Assembly (NCBI GenBank): GCA_003344405.1 | Contig: NOWV01000017.1 | Span: 434,001-498,000, forward strand | DNA: 64,000 nucleotides | Source: Trichoplax sp. H2 | Taxonomy: Eukaryota | Direction of reading: 5' to 3' | Shown: positions 1 to 13,075 of the stretch, piece after piece | How positions within the stretch are numbered: the stretch's first letter is position 1 | Layout of the letters: every line of letters starts with the position of its first letter | Notes under the pieces: generated by a model | The model's input: the letters and a program-made list of their open reading frames with translations, nothing else | What the model was told of the DNA's origin: nothing | Databases searched by the model: none | Program-made: the position numbers and the translations under genes

Positions 1-272
1 GTCCATGGGAATATGCATATGCCTATACAATTGAAAGTAACCAATTGTATAAACACTTAACAATATTTACAGTTAATATATCTCCAAGATAAAATGATTA
101 TAATCAACGCTATTATTATTAATATAGTTGTAGATCTACATTATTAAGGCTACACATTAGTATAGCATAACGCTATATAGAAAAAAGTCTGCATGATTAT
201 AATATTATCATTTGCCATAGATCTTTTGAAATAAAACACTCGATACATCGAGTGACTGGAGACCCTACTTAC

Positions 273-350
273 TCTAATGTAGTGAAAAGTAGAAATCCTT
301 GGTGCAGTTGATACAAGTTTGTCCGTCGTAAAAGGACGGACGATGGACAA
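273..350 (-). other. Possible 5' (probably non-coding) exon of a gene divergent from CCDC12 that continues beyond the left edge
   Basis: Strong minus-strand donor AGA|GTAAGT at 272-267, next to a GC-richer promoter-like segment. No downstream exon identified. Confidence 0.3.
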
Positions 351-535
351 AGAGGGAAAAAGGAACGGAAGGGACGAGCGATGGACAAAATTTATGGGGA
401 AGTCTGGGCTCGGCCTGTGCTACAATACCACTATACAGTGTACAGTACTACAGTACAGTACAGTACAGTACAGCATTGTACTGTCACCTGTACCATAGTT
501 TCATGCCTCTATGAGATTCAGGAAGGAACGGTAAC

Positions 536-2258
536 ATGGCGACTGAAGGAATTAGCTCATTGGAACTTGCTGCATTAGAAAGGAAAGGAAGATTAAAAGC
601 TTTAGCAAAAGAAAAAGGCGATAGTCATAGCAATAGTAAGGTAAAAATTGTAAGCGATAGCTTTGATTACAAATTGCATGACATTGGATAGAATAAAATG
701 ATGTAGGACCAGTTCTTACAATGGAATACGACTGTGCTCCATTCGTGGCTATAATAAAATACAACAAGCTTACTTCTCGCCAGTGGAAAATTTCATCTTT
801 ATTATTCGTAGGAGCTTAGTTGATCTGGTTATTTAACTTTAAAAGAGATAAAAATTAAGTTTTAAAACAAGCACTAGTAAGATAGTCCGGTTAGAATAAC
901 CTACAGTATGTTGTAGTCACCACTGGAAAGGAAATCCATAACAACGTCGATGTTCAATCGCGTTGTCATGTGCTGTGATGAAACTTATTTTTTGTATATG
1001 TCATACTTGTTATAGCTGTTGATATATTTGTAATGTAGAATCACTGAGTCATCATTCATGATATGTTGATATTAATATTAATCAGGATCGCGGTGAAAAA
1101 AGGCAGCTAGAAAACACAAGTTCCAAGTAAGACTATCTGATTGAATAAATGAAATTAATCATCAATGACATTTCAAAAGAGTTGTATGCTGTCGATTGAG
1201 ATAACTAACGTGAAATGTCCAATTTGGGCTATACATCTTGTTGTAACACATTTCTACCGTTCATTATTAGTATGCCGAGAGTCAAGTTTAGGAATTATCT
1301 ACCCCAAGATGACAGTTTAAAGGATCAAAAAATGGAAAAGCCGTCAGCACCAACAGGTATTTTGAAAGATAATTTCTTAGTAGCCAATGCTCGTCAATGA
1401 AACGATATTGTACAGTAGATGTAGGCATTGCATCATTGTCTTGTAGAGTGATAATAAACCGATACTGTTATCGGAATTAAACACTGCTGAACGTTTAGAA
1501 AGTACACTTATACATGGACGTGATTTCTATCTTATAAATGTTTGTCTAATGTAATCTTATTCAATATCATAGCTCAGGAAGACGTTGAAGAGATTCTAAG
1601 TTCGACTAACGCGAACACTAAATATGAAGGAGTGGTAATGATAACAATCCCACTTTTCATATGAGACCCAATTTATATGGTTATAGGTATCCTCGAATCC
1701 TTATGCAATGATTTTTTATTCGCTTTTCATTCGATTTCTACCATAGGATTTGGTTAATCTAGCTCCGAGAAAGCCTGACTGGTTAGATTCAATGACCGTA
1801 TCTTCATTTTGTCATACTATATTACAAATGGATACTGCAATCATTTAATATGATAGGGAAACAGCTAAAAATTTATCAAAATATCTACTAGATTTAATTT
1901 ATTATAGCACTTTCCAGTCGCTTACAATTACTATCCTTCTGTTCTTTGCAATACTAATACCAAGGATTTATTTAAAAGAAAATTTATAATTTTCATTTCA
2001 ATTTTAGGGATTTAAAACGCACAATAGAAGATAAAATGCAAAAATTGGAACGGAAAACACAAAGGAGTATCGTTGATATTATTAGTAAGTTAAATATTAT
2101 TTATTGTAAACGAGAAAAGAATTCTTATTATCATTAGTTTTGGAAGACCCATCAATTTTATGCTTCATTTTGCAGGAGAGAGACTCCGAGAAGGCAACCT
2201 AGCGACTGCAGTAGAAACGGTTACTAATAATGCAGGTTATGAAGGCGACTCTGATTAA
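536..2258 (+). CDS. CCDC12: Coiled-coil domain-containing protein 12 / Cwf18 spliceosome factor; exons 536-640, 1086-1126, 1271-1356, 1573-1634, 1747-1781, 2008-2084, 2176-2258
   Basis: Phase-consistent GT-AG splicing gives MATEGISSLELAALERKGRLKALA...VKFRNYLPQD...DLVNLAPRKPDWDLKRTIEDKMQKLERKTQRSIVDIIRERL. FRNY.P and NLAPRKPDWDLKR are Cwf18/CCDC12 hallmarks. Confidence 0.95.
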
Positions 2259-3546
2259 TTTTTCGCTAATGTAAATCTCCCTTAAGATGTACATTTTTAC
2301 TGTTCCGGTTTCTACTGCTATAAAAGTTATTGCTTAACAAGAATTAAACACTGTAATGTAGAATAATTCGAGATTGTATTTAAATGTATTTAATTAGCTT
2401 ATGATATTTGTTTTTTACTTTTACTACTGGAAAAATTTTTATCTAGTAAAACCCTGTATAGATTCTAATGGCAAGTAAAAACATGTTACACTAACGTAAA
2501 TACCATATACTATACATGCATATGTACCAATAACGTTACAGTACATAACAAAGAATTGTTAAATTTAGTTAAATGTTCTTGTATCTTCGTACTGTTATGT
2601 TTTTTACTTGCTTTATTCGTCACTACGAATGTCATTACGCGACCTAGTCCAGGGTACATTACTTGCTAACAGTTGATTGTCTTTTTCCGTATACACTACT
2701 GGTATTTACAATCACGGAATTTTAATAAAAAGGTTGCGAACTACAAGAAATGGTCTATTCCTATAGTTCTCGCTTTCAGAATGATAATGACTTTTCTCAA
2801 TAGCCACGTACTGTTCATCATTGTACATATACATGCTTTGGTCGCTGCTTGGCGATAATGCAGCTTAATGCTATATAGATGCGAAAATAGTAGTTGTGCA
2901 AGGGTAGCTAATACTAGTTAATATCGATGACATCACTTACATTAATGTCCGAATATATCGCATAATTGAATTGACTACTGTAGATGGTATAAAATAAAAA
3001 TAATAGTAATTATTCCATGCAGTAATTTGAAACAGTAGCCCGAAAATAGATTAAAATACTGCCGCAAGCGTCTAACATAAAATAGATAGTATACTCCTAA
3101 ATATAATACATCGTACCACTATGAGGTAAATATACAAAAGTATCACAGAGAAAAAGTTACGGTCTCTGGTAACCATTAGGGATAGCATTACAGTACTTAC
3201 ACTAAGGATATGATATCGTTGTAACTTTATAAAGATCTCAATATTATCTTGGAGTATTTTCACCATTTGCTTGAAAAGTTAAAGTTTCATGAATTTTAAA
3301 ATTTTATTATTTCTGAAACTGTTTCTGCCACAATACTTCGAGCAACGTGCAGAGTACATGAGGTAATTCTTTATTGAAAACATGTAGATATCACTTAAAA
3401 ATAAAATTAATGCATCTTCTGTTTTATGAATTACGTGAATAGAACCAGACTTATTTAATTTCTGGATTTTATCATAAGTTCAACTTTGCATAATACAACT
3501 GATAGCTCGTAAATGGTAGTTCTATTCCGGTAAATTGTGCTTCTAG

Positions 3547-5138
3547 TTAACAGCTAAGCTCATGCGGATTGAGTATGTGAAACAAGGTCTTGATCCTAAA
3601 TAGAAAAAAATAGGAAATGTAATTATTATATTAATAATCATATCGTCAATTTCTTTTTTGCTACAATAATCATTTATATGTATGTTAGCCATTTCGTTAA
3701 ACTCTGCTATTATGTAATATTGTTCATTATTGTAATTTTAAAAAATTTAGATTATTACAGCAGTTAATTTAGAGAAATAGGAATGGTTATAAGCAATTTA
3801 ACAGAAACTGACTATGATCGTTACCATGATGATATGAATATTAGGTGTGCGAAAGAATTAAGAGGGATCAGTAGGCTTTCGTTAGCAAAATAATGAAGTG
3901 ATGTGATATTTATAAAGAATAGCCCACTTGTTAACAGCTAGCTATAGTGAATTTTATGTCATTAAAGGATAACTTACTATAGATATATGAATACCAACAA
4001 TTATCTGAATAGTAATAACAAATACTATCGTAATTGATGTAAAGGTATATATATAGTATAAGTGTAATATCTTAATCGTATTATGAAACGAATATATTGA
4101 GATTGTGGATGCTAACTGTAATAGACTATCACATTTTATGTTGATTGTTCTTATGTAACTTAAAATCTAGAAATCTAATTAAAAATACGCATGAAAGATA
4201 ATGTTAGATAGATTACCTACAGTTAATGGGTAACTTTTATAGCAATTAATCCACTATAAAAATTGCGTATTATCAGAATAGTTTGATATGTACAAATACA
4301 CTAATTAAGTGATGTATCGCGTGATTTCGTCATGATACAGCAGCAAAATGATGTTGCAATTAATAAAAGTGATTGCATTAATGATTTATACCTGTGCAGT
4401 GTAACTCCCAATTCCGCTTGCGTAAGATCAGTAATGTTTTTAGAATGGACTTTGTTTTCCTGGACGCCTAAACCGTTTGTGCTGGTAAGATGATACAGGG
4501 TGTAGGGCTTGTCGGACAATCCGTGAATTATTGGGGAATCAGTTATCACATTCATAATCAACTATGGCAAAAATAATAAGCATCGTGCTAAGATTTAAGA
4601 TTATGAATAAAATGAATTAATTACTCTCTTATATTTCTACATGTGCGAGCACAGCATAATTCGATGTGTATCGTATCTACTGATAATATGATTTATAACA
4701 GTATATGGTATCTGTTCGTTCTAACATCCTGATTAAAATTTCATTTGTAAAAGTAGCTAAAGTATCGTCTAATATTAACATGTTTTATGTCATAAATAAG
4801 CATGACCATTATTTCAGAACTAAATGCAAATGCAATAATACATGTGTAAGAAAAATTCTCGAATAAAAATTCACAACTTTGTTTTATTAATTTGTATTAA
4901 AATATCTATATGGGCCAACATAGTTGACGATGTTAATATCGTAGCTTAACGTTATCAACTGGTATGATAAATTACGAGATTAAAGATACGCAATTTCAGC
5001 TATCGCTACGGTAAATAAGAAGTTACCTACCCGGTTACTATCTGGAAGATTCTTGGCAATTAATTGATAAAGATTTTTTCGAAATTCTTGAGTGACCACT
5101 GATGATGGTAAGTTAGTTTCAAGGTTAAGGTAAGCCAT
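3547..5138 (-). CDS. Divergent MIF/D-dopachrome tautomerase-like protein (108 aa, lacks Pro1); exons 5138-5031, 4561-4392, 3595-3547
   Basis: MAYLNLETNLPSSVVTQEFRKNLYQLIAKNLPDSNR|LIMNVITDSPIIHGLSDKPYTLYHLTSTNGLGVQENKVHSKNITDLTQAELGVTLHR|IKTLFHILNPHELSC*. The ETNLP and EN..HS motifs and the 108/170/49-nt exons match the MIF gene structure. Confidence 0.85.
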
Positions 5139-7251
5139 GTCTTTAGTTTTAGCACGAACCTGATGAGAAATAGCTTGACAACTTTGTTAATATGCTAAAC
5201 TCTAATTTTTCTATTATCCCTGTTTTATATTACATCTGAGCATGCAGCAGCTAATGTTAACGTTAGTTTTTATTTATTTAGTTTTAATTACTTGAGACAC
5301 GTGATAGATGTGGACAAGTAGTTACTATGACTCAATCATTAAGTTAAAAAATGATACCATAATATTATGTCACTCTAATAATCTAATGATACTTTATTAT
5401 TATTTTTAATCGGAGTAGATGATGGACATAAATGGATAATAATAATAGCAATAATGTAAACATTGAATCTATTCATGGTACGAATTCTAGGCGCAATAAC
5501 ACAATAATGGTATAATACTTTGTTAATCGACTAATGATTTGCAGCATTGTTAGTTTTTTCATGATGCAAATATAGTATTACCATCTATTCAAGGAAATTA
5601 ATAAGCTGATGTCACAAACCAGCTTCGTGACAAAGATAACGTAAAACAAATCTTGAAATTGCTATAGTCTCCGGGATTCAGTATCCCTTAACCATCTCAC
5701 AAGAATTTAGATGCCTTTTCTTCTTTGTTAAACAACTATAGAACTCTTCTTTTATTGACTATCTGTCGAGCTCAAATACCCTTCGGCAGCTGCTATCATG
5801 TATGAGTCATAATTGTTCAAGAAATTTAGTTCGTGTTGGATAGCTAAATTAATGCAGAAATTATTCATAATCTTAGACATGTACTGAACGATTCTAGATA
5901 ATTGGGTTACAGTATATCCATACACAGAATTATTTATAGTACCATCTGTAATTGGATATCTTCAGGATATTCATCACAAGCGTTACAAGATATAGCACTA
6001 TAATCAATTAACATTAGTTACCGTGTAAGAACTCTTACTACAGTACAGCATAATTTACTGTAACAAAATAATAACTACCTTAGTTTTTACTGTACTGTAA
6101 GTCATTATTAGTTATCTCCATAGATAAATATTAACCACTAAATTTAGTCATTTACTTTTCACGGTAGTTCCTACCGTGACTGCTGAAAAATGCGATAAAA
6201 GCACTAAATGTTAAATGACAAATATTATTGTACCTATAACATTTCAATTTTATAATTTCGTGCGCTCATGAAAGCGATTTAATTCTTCAATGCTCCATCA
6301 AAATGGTCGATTTCGCTCATATAATTAATATTTTCATATTTGAAATATGATAAACTATCGATCGACATTTGCGTTACTTTACTATTTCATTCAGATGAAT
6401 GTAGTAGCTTTGTAAGCTTTATTAGCTAAAAATTCATTTGTATACTCTCACTTTATAGAGCTATAAGGTTTGGATATTTCTAATGGAAAGCCTCCAAATT
6501 GTAGCACTAGCCAATATAAATTTATATCTTCAATATGGGTACTATTAAAACTTTCATGCATTGCACTAATTGACCTTATTTAAAGATTACAATTTCGTAT
6601 CTGAATAGTTATATTATACAGTGTTTATCTAAAATTTTGCCATTTTCTTTATGCTATAGTTTGTAAGCGCTTACATTAAGATTTGGTTTAAGGACGTAGT
6701 ACTGAACAATTTCTGTACTAATAGTATGTCCTGTATTATCCGAAGCATAGGGGTATGAATTTCGATGATAAAATCCTTTAACAGTTCCGTATGATAATCA
6801 TCATCTTCTGCCCATGGAAACAATGAATTAGTTGCTAGACGAATAAGCCAATACTAGGATAATGATTTATGTAATTTAATGACACAAGGTGTTTTCTATC
6901 ATTTCTTATAGATTGGCGTTATTCGATTAGTTCAATCATTAATACCATGAATTCAAATCATATAAAACTTTTCAAGACCCACAATATTTTAAGAATTACA
7001 CGATGTTAAGAGATATGGTTTTTATTAGTTATGCAGAATTGTAGTAAAGTTTATGATTAAGGTGGAAGCAGGTCAGTAATCTTTCTTTAAAATTACTGCT
7101 GGTATCCGATAAATAAAACAGGGTGCACTAACACTCTAATTTTTCAGGTGAAGGGTGTTTCTCGTTACTCCTATTAACGGATACAGTATTTTTACATTGC
7201 TAGTAAACGAATTCCTTCTTCAATTTCAAGCAATTGCCATATAAAGTCGCC

Positions 7252-9224
7252 TTAAGCAAATGTTGAACCACCATAGCCTATGTCCTGTTCAGCTACATCC
7301 AAAAATTGAATGTACATTCTAAAACGAAAAAATAATTTCATCCAATGTAGCTAAAATTAGTTGGAATCACTTGATATCAAGAATACGATTCTAAAATGCA
7401 GAAAATCTAAAACAGTCTGGCAATACTACGGTTTTCTATTACTACGTTACCTCTTTGATGAAATTTTAAGGTGGCCTTCAATCACATCTGTTAAGGCTTT
7501 GCTGTGGAGTTTATTTTCTGCTTCGCCTAGCTGTCCAATTGATATCACTTTCACAAATGCTGCAGGATCATCAGTACCACCGAATATGAGATTAGCGCCA
7601 CCTTTTGCCGATACCATGACGTACTAGTATACGTATAACGTGAAAAGCTCTTATTTAATAAACATCATAGTACATTGGTGAAGATTTTATTGATTGTTAA
7701 CACCTAACCATAGTATAAAAATGTTGTAATCTCTTAATATGCTACAATGCATTGATAGGGATGACGTACAAAATGTTTTTAATCTGTGGATAAAAAAGAC
7801 TTCAATTGGCTCAACTACAAAAAAAGTTAGATGTGAGGCGTTATATATGCCCTTCATTTAGAGTTGATCTAATATGTAATAGCGTAAATGCCTCAGGTTG
7901 TGACTACAATTTAGAATATAATGTAACATAGGTAACCCATACGCGTCTACTAATTTAATCTATTTATATATACAGTAAGAAGGCACTCTTTGATGGTGGA
8001 AACAGGTAAAAAAAACGAGCTCGCTTCATGACTGATGCTTTCTCCAATTGTAAGGTGCAGATTAGTTTGATAATTTGTAGTAACTAAGTGAAAGGATTGA
8101 ATAGTGAAGTTCTATACGCGTATAATAATAGTAAAGGAAAAACGGGAAGGATAAGAGCTAACTGGAGATAATGTAGAACANNNNNNNNNNNNNNNNNNNN
8201 ACCTTTTGCCGATACCATGACGTACTAGTATACGCATAACGTGAAAAGCTCTTATTTAATAAACATCATAGTGCATTGGTGAAGATTTTATTGATTCTTA
8301 ACACCTAGCCATAGTATAAAAATATTGTAATCTCTTAATATGCTACAATGCATTGATAGGGATGACGTACAAAATGTTTTTAATCTGTGGATAAAAAAGA
8401 CTTCAATTGGCTCAACTACAAAAAAAGTTAGATGTGAGGCGTTATATATGCCCTTCATTTAGAGTTGATCTAATATGTAATAGCGTAAATGCCTCATGAC
8501 TGATGCTTTCTCCAATTGTAAGGTGCAGATTAGTTTGATAATTTGTAGTAACTAAGTGAAAGGATTGAATAGTGAAGTTCTATACGCGTATAATAATAGT
8601 AAAGGAAAAACGGGAAGGATAAGAGCTAACTGGAGATAATGTAGAACAATCAGAGAGTAGGCTACTGATTGATAGCTGCGAGTAGGCAGTAGCCCAAATA
8701 AAAGCTTTTCAAATAGAGAATCTTGGATGATTCTGAAAGTGCACTATTTAACAGTAGTGAAGTAACTGCTTTTCCTTCCAAAGATACTAGCGAACCGTAA
8801 TATTTGCTATCGCATGCACTAAGAAGATGAAGGATGCTAGACCGTAGGGTATAATAGGTCAGCAACGTCATGAATGTCCAATAAAATTCTTGAAAAGAAG
8901 AAGTTACCTTCTATCATTTAACTGCAAACAACAGCTACTGTTGGGCACTGTAACTTGATGTTGAAAGGGACTATTCCAGTAACTAAATACGTCTATAAGA
9001 GTCAATTACTATTGTTTTTCAGGAAGAAATTGGCAGAAAAGAACTACTCTACTACGAGTACAGTATATATATCTTTTGCCAAGGTGTGTGACTACATGAT
9101 TCAACAGTATTCTTACACTTTCAGGCTTTTGCAACGTGGCTGCAAGGGTACTGGATAGATCTTTAAGAAGCTTTGATGAGATCTGATCTTCAGGTACGTT
9201 GGTCTCAATTGCTACGATAGGCAT
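7252..9224 (-). CDS. MIF: Macrophage migration inhibitory factor (canonical, 115 aa); exons 9224-9117, 7623-7451, 7318-7252
   Basis: MPIVAIETNVP...QKPES|YVMVSAKGGANLIFGGTDDPAAFVKVISIGQLGEAENKLHSK...R|MYIQFLDVAEQDIGYGGSTFA*. Pro1, Lys32 and SIG(Ile64) are retained; coding exons are 108/173/67 nt as in human MIF. Confidence 0.95.
7600..8648. repeat. Near-identical duplication across an N gap (7600-8180 vs 8201-8648), probably two uncollapsed haplotypes
   Basis: The same sequence restarts immediately after the 20-N gap at 8181-8200. The copies differ by a few substitutions and a ~133-bp indel (7896-8028). Confidence 0.85.
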
Positions 9225-12142
9225 TTTCGATTGATGAGGATAGAAAGGGAATCAGGTAAAGCGAAATTTTGCTTTTTCGATGAAGGTTTTTAGCGTTTCC
9301 AGCTACTGACTATAGTGCAAATCTGCAATCGCTTTCATACAGTTCTATAGGCGCTTGTAAGCTCCACCCTGGTTCTGTATGGAATACTGAGCGTTTCAAC
9401 TTGGATATTTTTCTGTCTTGCTGTTGTTAATTAAACTGCTATTGCAGGTCATATTTGGGTAGGCAAGGTTAACTAGAAAATGCAATCGTCATCTCTCTCG
9501 TCGAGTGGTATGGCGAGGGAAACCCAAACATGGCTTTGAATACTAGAGTACAGTAGGCAAGAGCAGTAGTGTAACAAATTCAAAACGACAGCATAAAACC
9601 CAATTCATTAATACTTTACGTCATGGACCTTGTTGACAATAATAATCATAATAGAAGTATCTAAAAGGTCCATGATATGATGGATTTTCTGTTGACTTAG
9701 CTCTTTTAATAGCAGATGAAGAGGATTAACCTCGTTAAAGAACTCTATCACACCAATTCTATCAAGTACTGTACAGTATTTAGTGATCAAATTACTCATA
9801 GCAAATGGAATTAGTTCACACTTTCCAGTACCGGATAAACGCGTACTGTACAAACCTCATCTTTTTCCTCATGATTGGACTTATGCAGCTAGTTATGCTC
9901 TTCATAGTTCAGCATCTACAGACTTTAGTCTATCATCGTAGATTTTAATCATTTCTATAGCCAATCTTACGTATCTCTCACAAACTGAAGAGCTCAAGCA
10001 CTCAATGAATTATTATACCCGTGCATAAGTGTTCCGAGTAAAGAAAATTTGAAAATTGACCCTATTTCTATGTTGACATTGAAAGACGATCTTAGCCACT
10101 ATCTCGTCCCCAATACGTATATATCGATTTAACGTAGGTGTATTTCAAGTTAAACTTCGAATGAATGAATTGGCCGATTACTTTATAAGTCTATGAGCTA
10201 CGGGTTACTGAAGCTATTCAATATGAAGAGGCCATTAAATTTGCCTTGGTGATTTATAGCTGTATAATTCAAATTTTAAATAAGTAGAGATACTGTATTG
10301 AAGACTAGTAAAGACTCGTATATCCACCAGAAAAAGCACATGTTATAGTGACTGCCTAATGTCTTTATTCACTAAAGAACTGTCTACTAACGTAGGATAC
10401 ATATTAGCATTTTTCATTAGTTAAAAGATATAAAAGTAACATCTCAAAACTACTGCTTGTTAGTGGTATAATAGCATGTTGGATAGCTGAAATAATTTCT
10501 GTACAATTTGCATAAGGTCACTAAATGATAAGAGATATCAAGAACAGATGAACGAATAAAATGTGTCCATTTCTTCAGCAAATCTATATGGCCCACTATA
10601 CGTCTTTACCGACCTTCTTCTAAGATTGAATATTTAACAACATATATAGCCAATAATGATGAAATAAAACTAATGCAACTATTAACGCCTACTGTAACGT
10701 AAGCGTGATAATAATTATATACGACGTATAATCACGAGCATGATATTCACAGGGTGCGGCTAATTTAGCTTGCTAGATAGAAATATGAATAGGTTATTTA
10801 CTGTTGGGTTTATCATTAGTCAGTAGTAATAGTCGTGGGTAAATAAACAAAATCGAGATTGATTTCAGGTTTTTATTGCCTATATCATATGATTTTCAGT
10901 TTACATTCTTATATGCAATATGAAGCAGAAACATAGTGAGTTCTCAGTCGGGCAATGGCCAGTGTAGAGGACTGTTAAGTCGAAGACAAAGACTATGCAT
11001 ACTTTTAATTCTTGAATAATTAATGCTATCCTATGATGAGCTAGATTAAATTAATAGCTCTATTACCGCCTACTAATATGTTGTTTTCAGTTAGGAATCC
11101 ATCAGTTAACATTATTATTGTTGTGGATAAATCCTGTGCTCTATCTTAAGACAATGCATCTCAATGACTAATTGAATACATATTTTATTCAATAGCTACC
11201 ACATTGAATAAATGATAACTAAAGGATTATACTTATATACTTATTAACATTATCGCATAATTAGCCTTTTAACGAGATGGTTTGGCGCAAAACGTTAAGT
11301 ACACAAGTGCTCGTTATCGAGTTAATAATTTAGCATGAATTTGCACTTTTTCGTCAGCGATCGCTTTACATCGTCAAGCAAACGAAGTTTGAATTATTGC
11401 AAGACTTCCCTTACTTAATTTTCCTAACTTAAATACGTATACCGAATACCTGATTAAAAATGTCTCATAAAGTTATATCTACTGTCTACTATGTAGGAAT
11501 CTATAAAATGATAAAGTATACTATACGTAGTTACTGGCTGTACAGGATGACTAGAGATTTTTATCCCTTACTTCATACTTTATTCTTTTTAAGATTATCC
11601 TATAAATCAGTGGAAGATCGTTTCTTACGAAGTTTGATATCTTTAATAGTGCAATTATTACAGGTTAAGATAATCAATCATTATAATTATAATGCCAATA
11701 TAGATATTTTAAACAGTTCAATAATCACGCTATAATAAGCTATAACGGTTGAATTACCCATTTTGGAAAGTTAATTGCTGTACTTACTACGAGTGAAGTG
11801 CGATGATATCACGAAAGCTAGAATTACATCTAACGTAATAGGACTATGTCTTATGCTGCAAAAGAGCTACTTTCACTCATAATTTTAACAGTCCATAAGG
11901 AAGATGTCCATTAGACGATATCATTGTTGAAGTCATCGTTTCATCGTAGTTTAATTTTCCAATTCTTGTTTTTTTTTCTAGCTTGAAAGTTATATTCACA
12001 TTGCGTCCACGCAACAATACAGAACAAATGATTAAAACGTTGACTTCAATTAAATAATGACCCTTTACTGTAATCGATTAAATTGAATCATGCTAACATA
12101 ATTCATAAGTTTTAAGCCAACAAATCCATCTTAGCTGCATTT

Positions 12143-13075
12143 CTATTGGCCATCTAATGTCCCTCCAAGTACTCCAACGTCTTTTAGCTGTATAGTATTG
12201 AAGTAGATGTAAAATCTGGAAAGACAAATACAGAGGTATTATTTATCATTAGTAGCCTAACTTGTACATCACAATGATTTGGCATGTAACGTTATGATAT
12301 AGCATTAATTTTATTTGAAAAACATCAAGTTTGATTATGGTATTAATAATTGAACAATAGTAGTAAATCGCAAATCTTTTTACTATGCGTTCTTATTTCG
12401 CTGTAATATAAAACTGAAATATTTTTAAGTAATAGTTTAGTGAAACGCTGTAAAATCTTTTCTTTAAATTAACAAGTAACTTATTAACTACCTATAAACG
12501 ACAAGATAGGTAGTATAACATATATATATATATATACGAGTACTAACGGTAAGGAAAGATTATTTCCTAGTGAATTGACATCTAATCAATTAATTTTTTA
12601 ATTACAGTAACGTAAGGGTGAATCTATATTTTCAATCAAGACTTTAATTCTAATTACCTTTCTGGTAAAACACCGAGTTCAGTCTTCAATAGTTCGGATA
12701 TAGCTTTAGAAGCAGCTTTGTTCTCCTTTTTGCCAGTGCCATTAACTGTTTTTATTTCCATAAAAGCAGCTGGATCCTGGGTTCCAGCGAAGATAAGCTT
12801 AGGATTATGATGGATTGTTACGGTGATGTACTAAAAAGTTAAATGTAGTCGGATAAGAAAGCAGTTATTACACTTAAAGGAAAAATGACAGATAGTAACA
12901 ATCAAACTGTTGCGGCTAGTAGGTGGATAAGTAATAGGGTGTTAGAAAAGAAATTGTTTCTAATTACCATAATAGGATTCTCATAAATTTCAGAAATTAA
13001 ACGGCTAATTTTTTTTTGAAAGCCTTGGTTGCAGACAGTGCGGTCTACATTAGTTTTAATGATGACGGTAGGCAT
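12143..13075 (-). CDS. MIF-like paralogue (117 aa); exons 13075-12968, 12830-12658, 12215-12143
   Basis: MPTVIIKTNVDRTVCNQGFQKKISRLISEIYENPIM|YITVTIHHNPKLIFAGTQDPAAFMEIKTVNGTGKKENKAASKAISELLKTELGVLPER|FYIYFNTIQLKDVGVLGGTLDGQ*. Exons are 108/173/73 nt. Confidence 0.92.

Noticed and set aside
7361-7627. 88-aa plus-strand ORF
   Set aside because: Antisense shadow of MIF exon 2.
8201-8230. A fourth MIF gene suggested by a second exon-2 fragment
   Set aside because: It abuts the N gap and is nearly identical to 7600-7630; better explained as the alternative haplotype.
9608-9853. 81-aa ORF between MIF paralogues as a gene relic
   Set aside because: No MIF or other recognisable similarity and no linked exons found.
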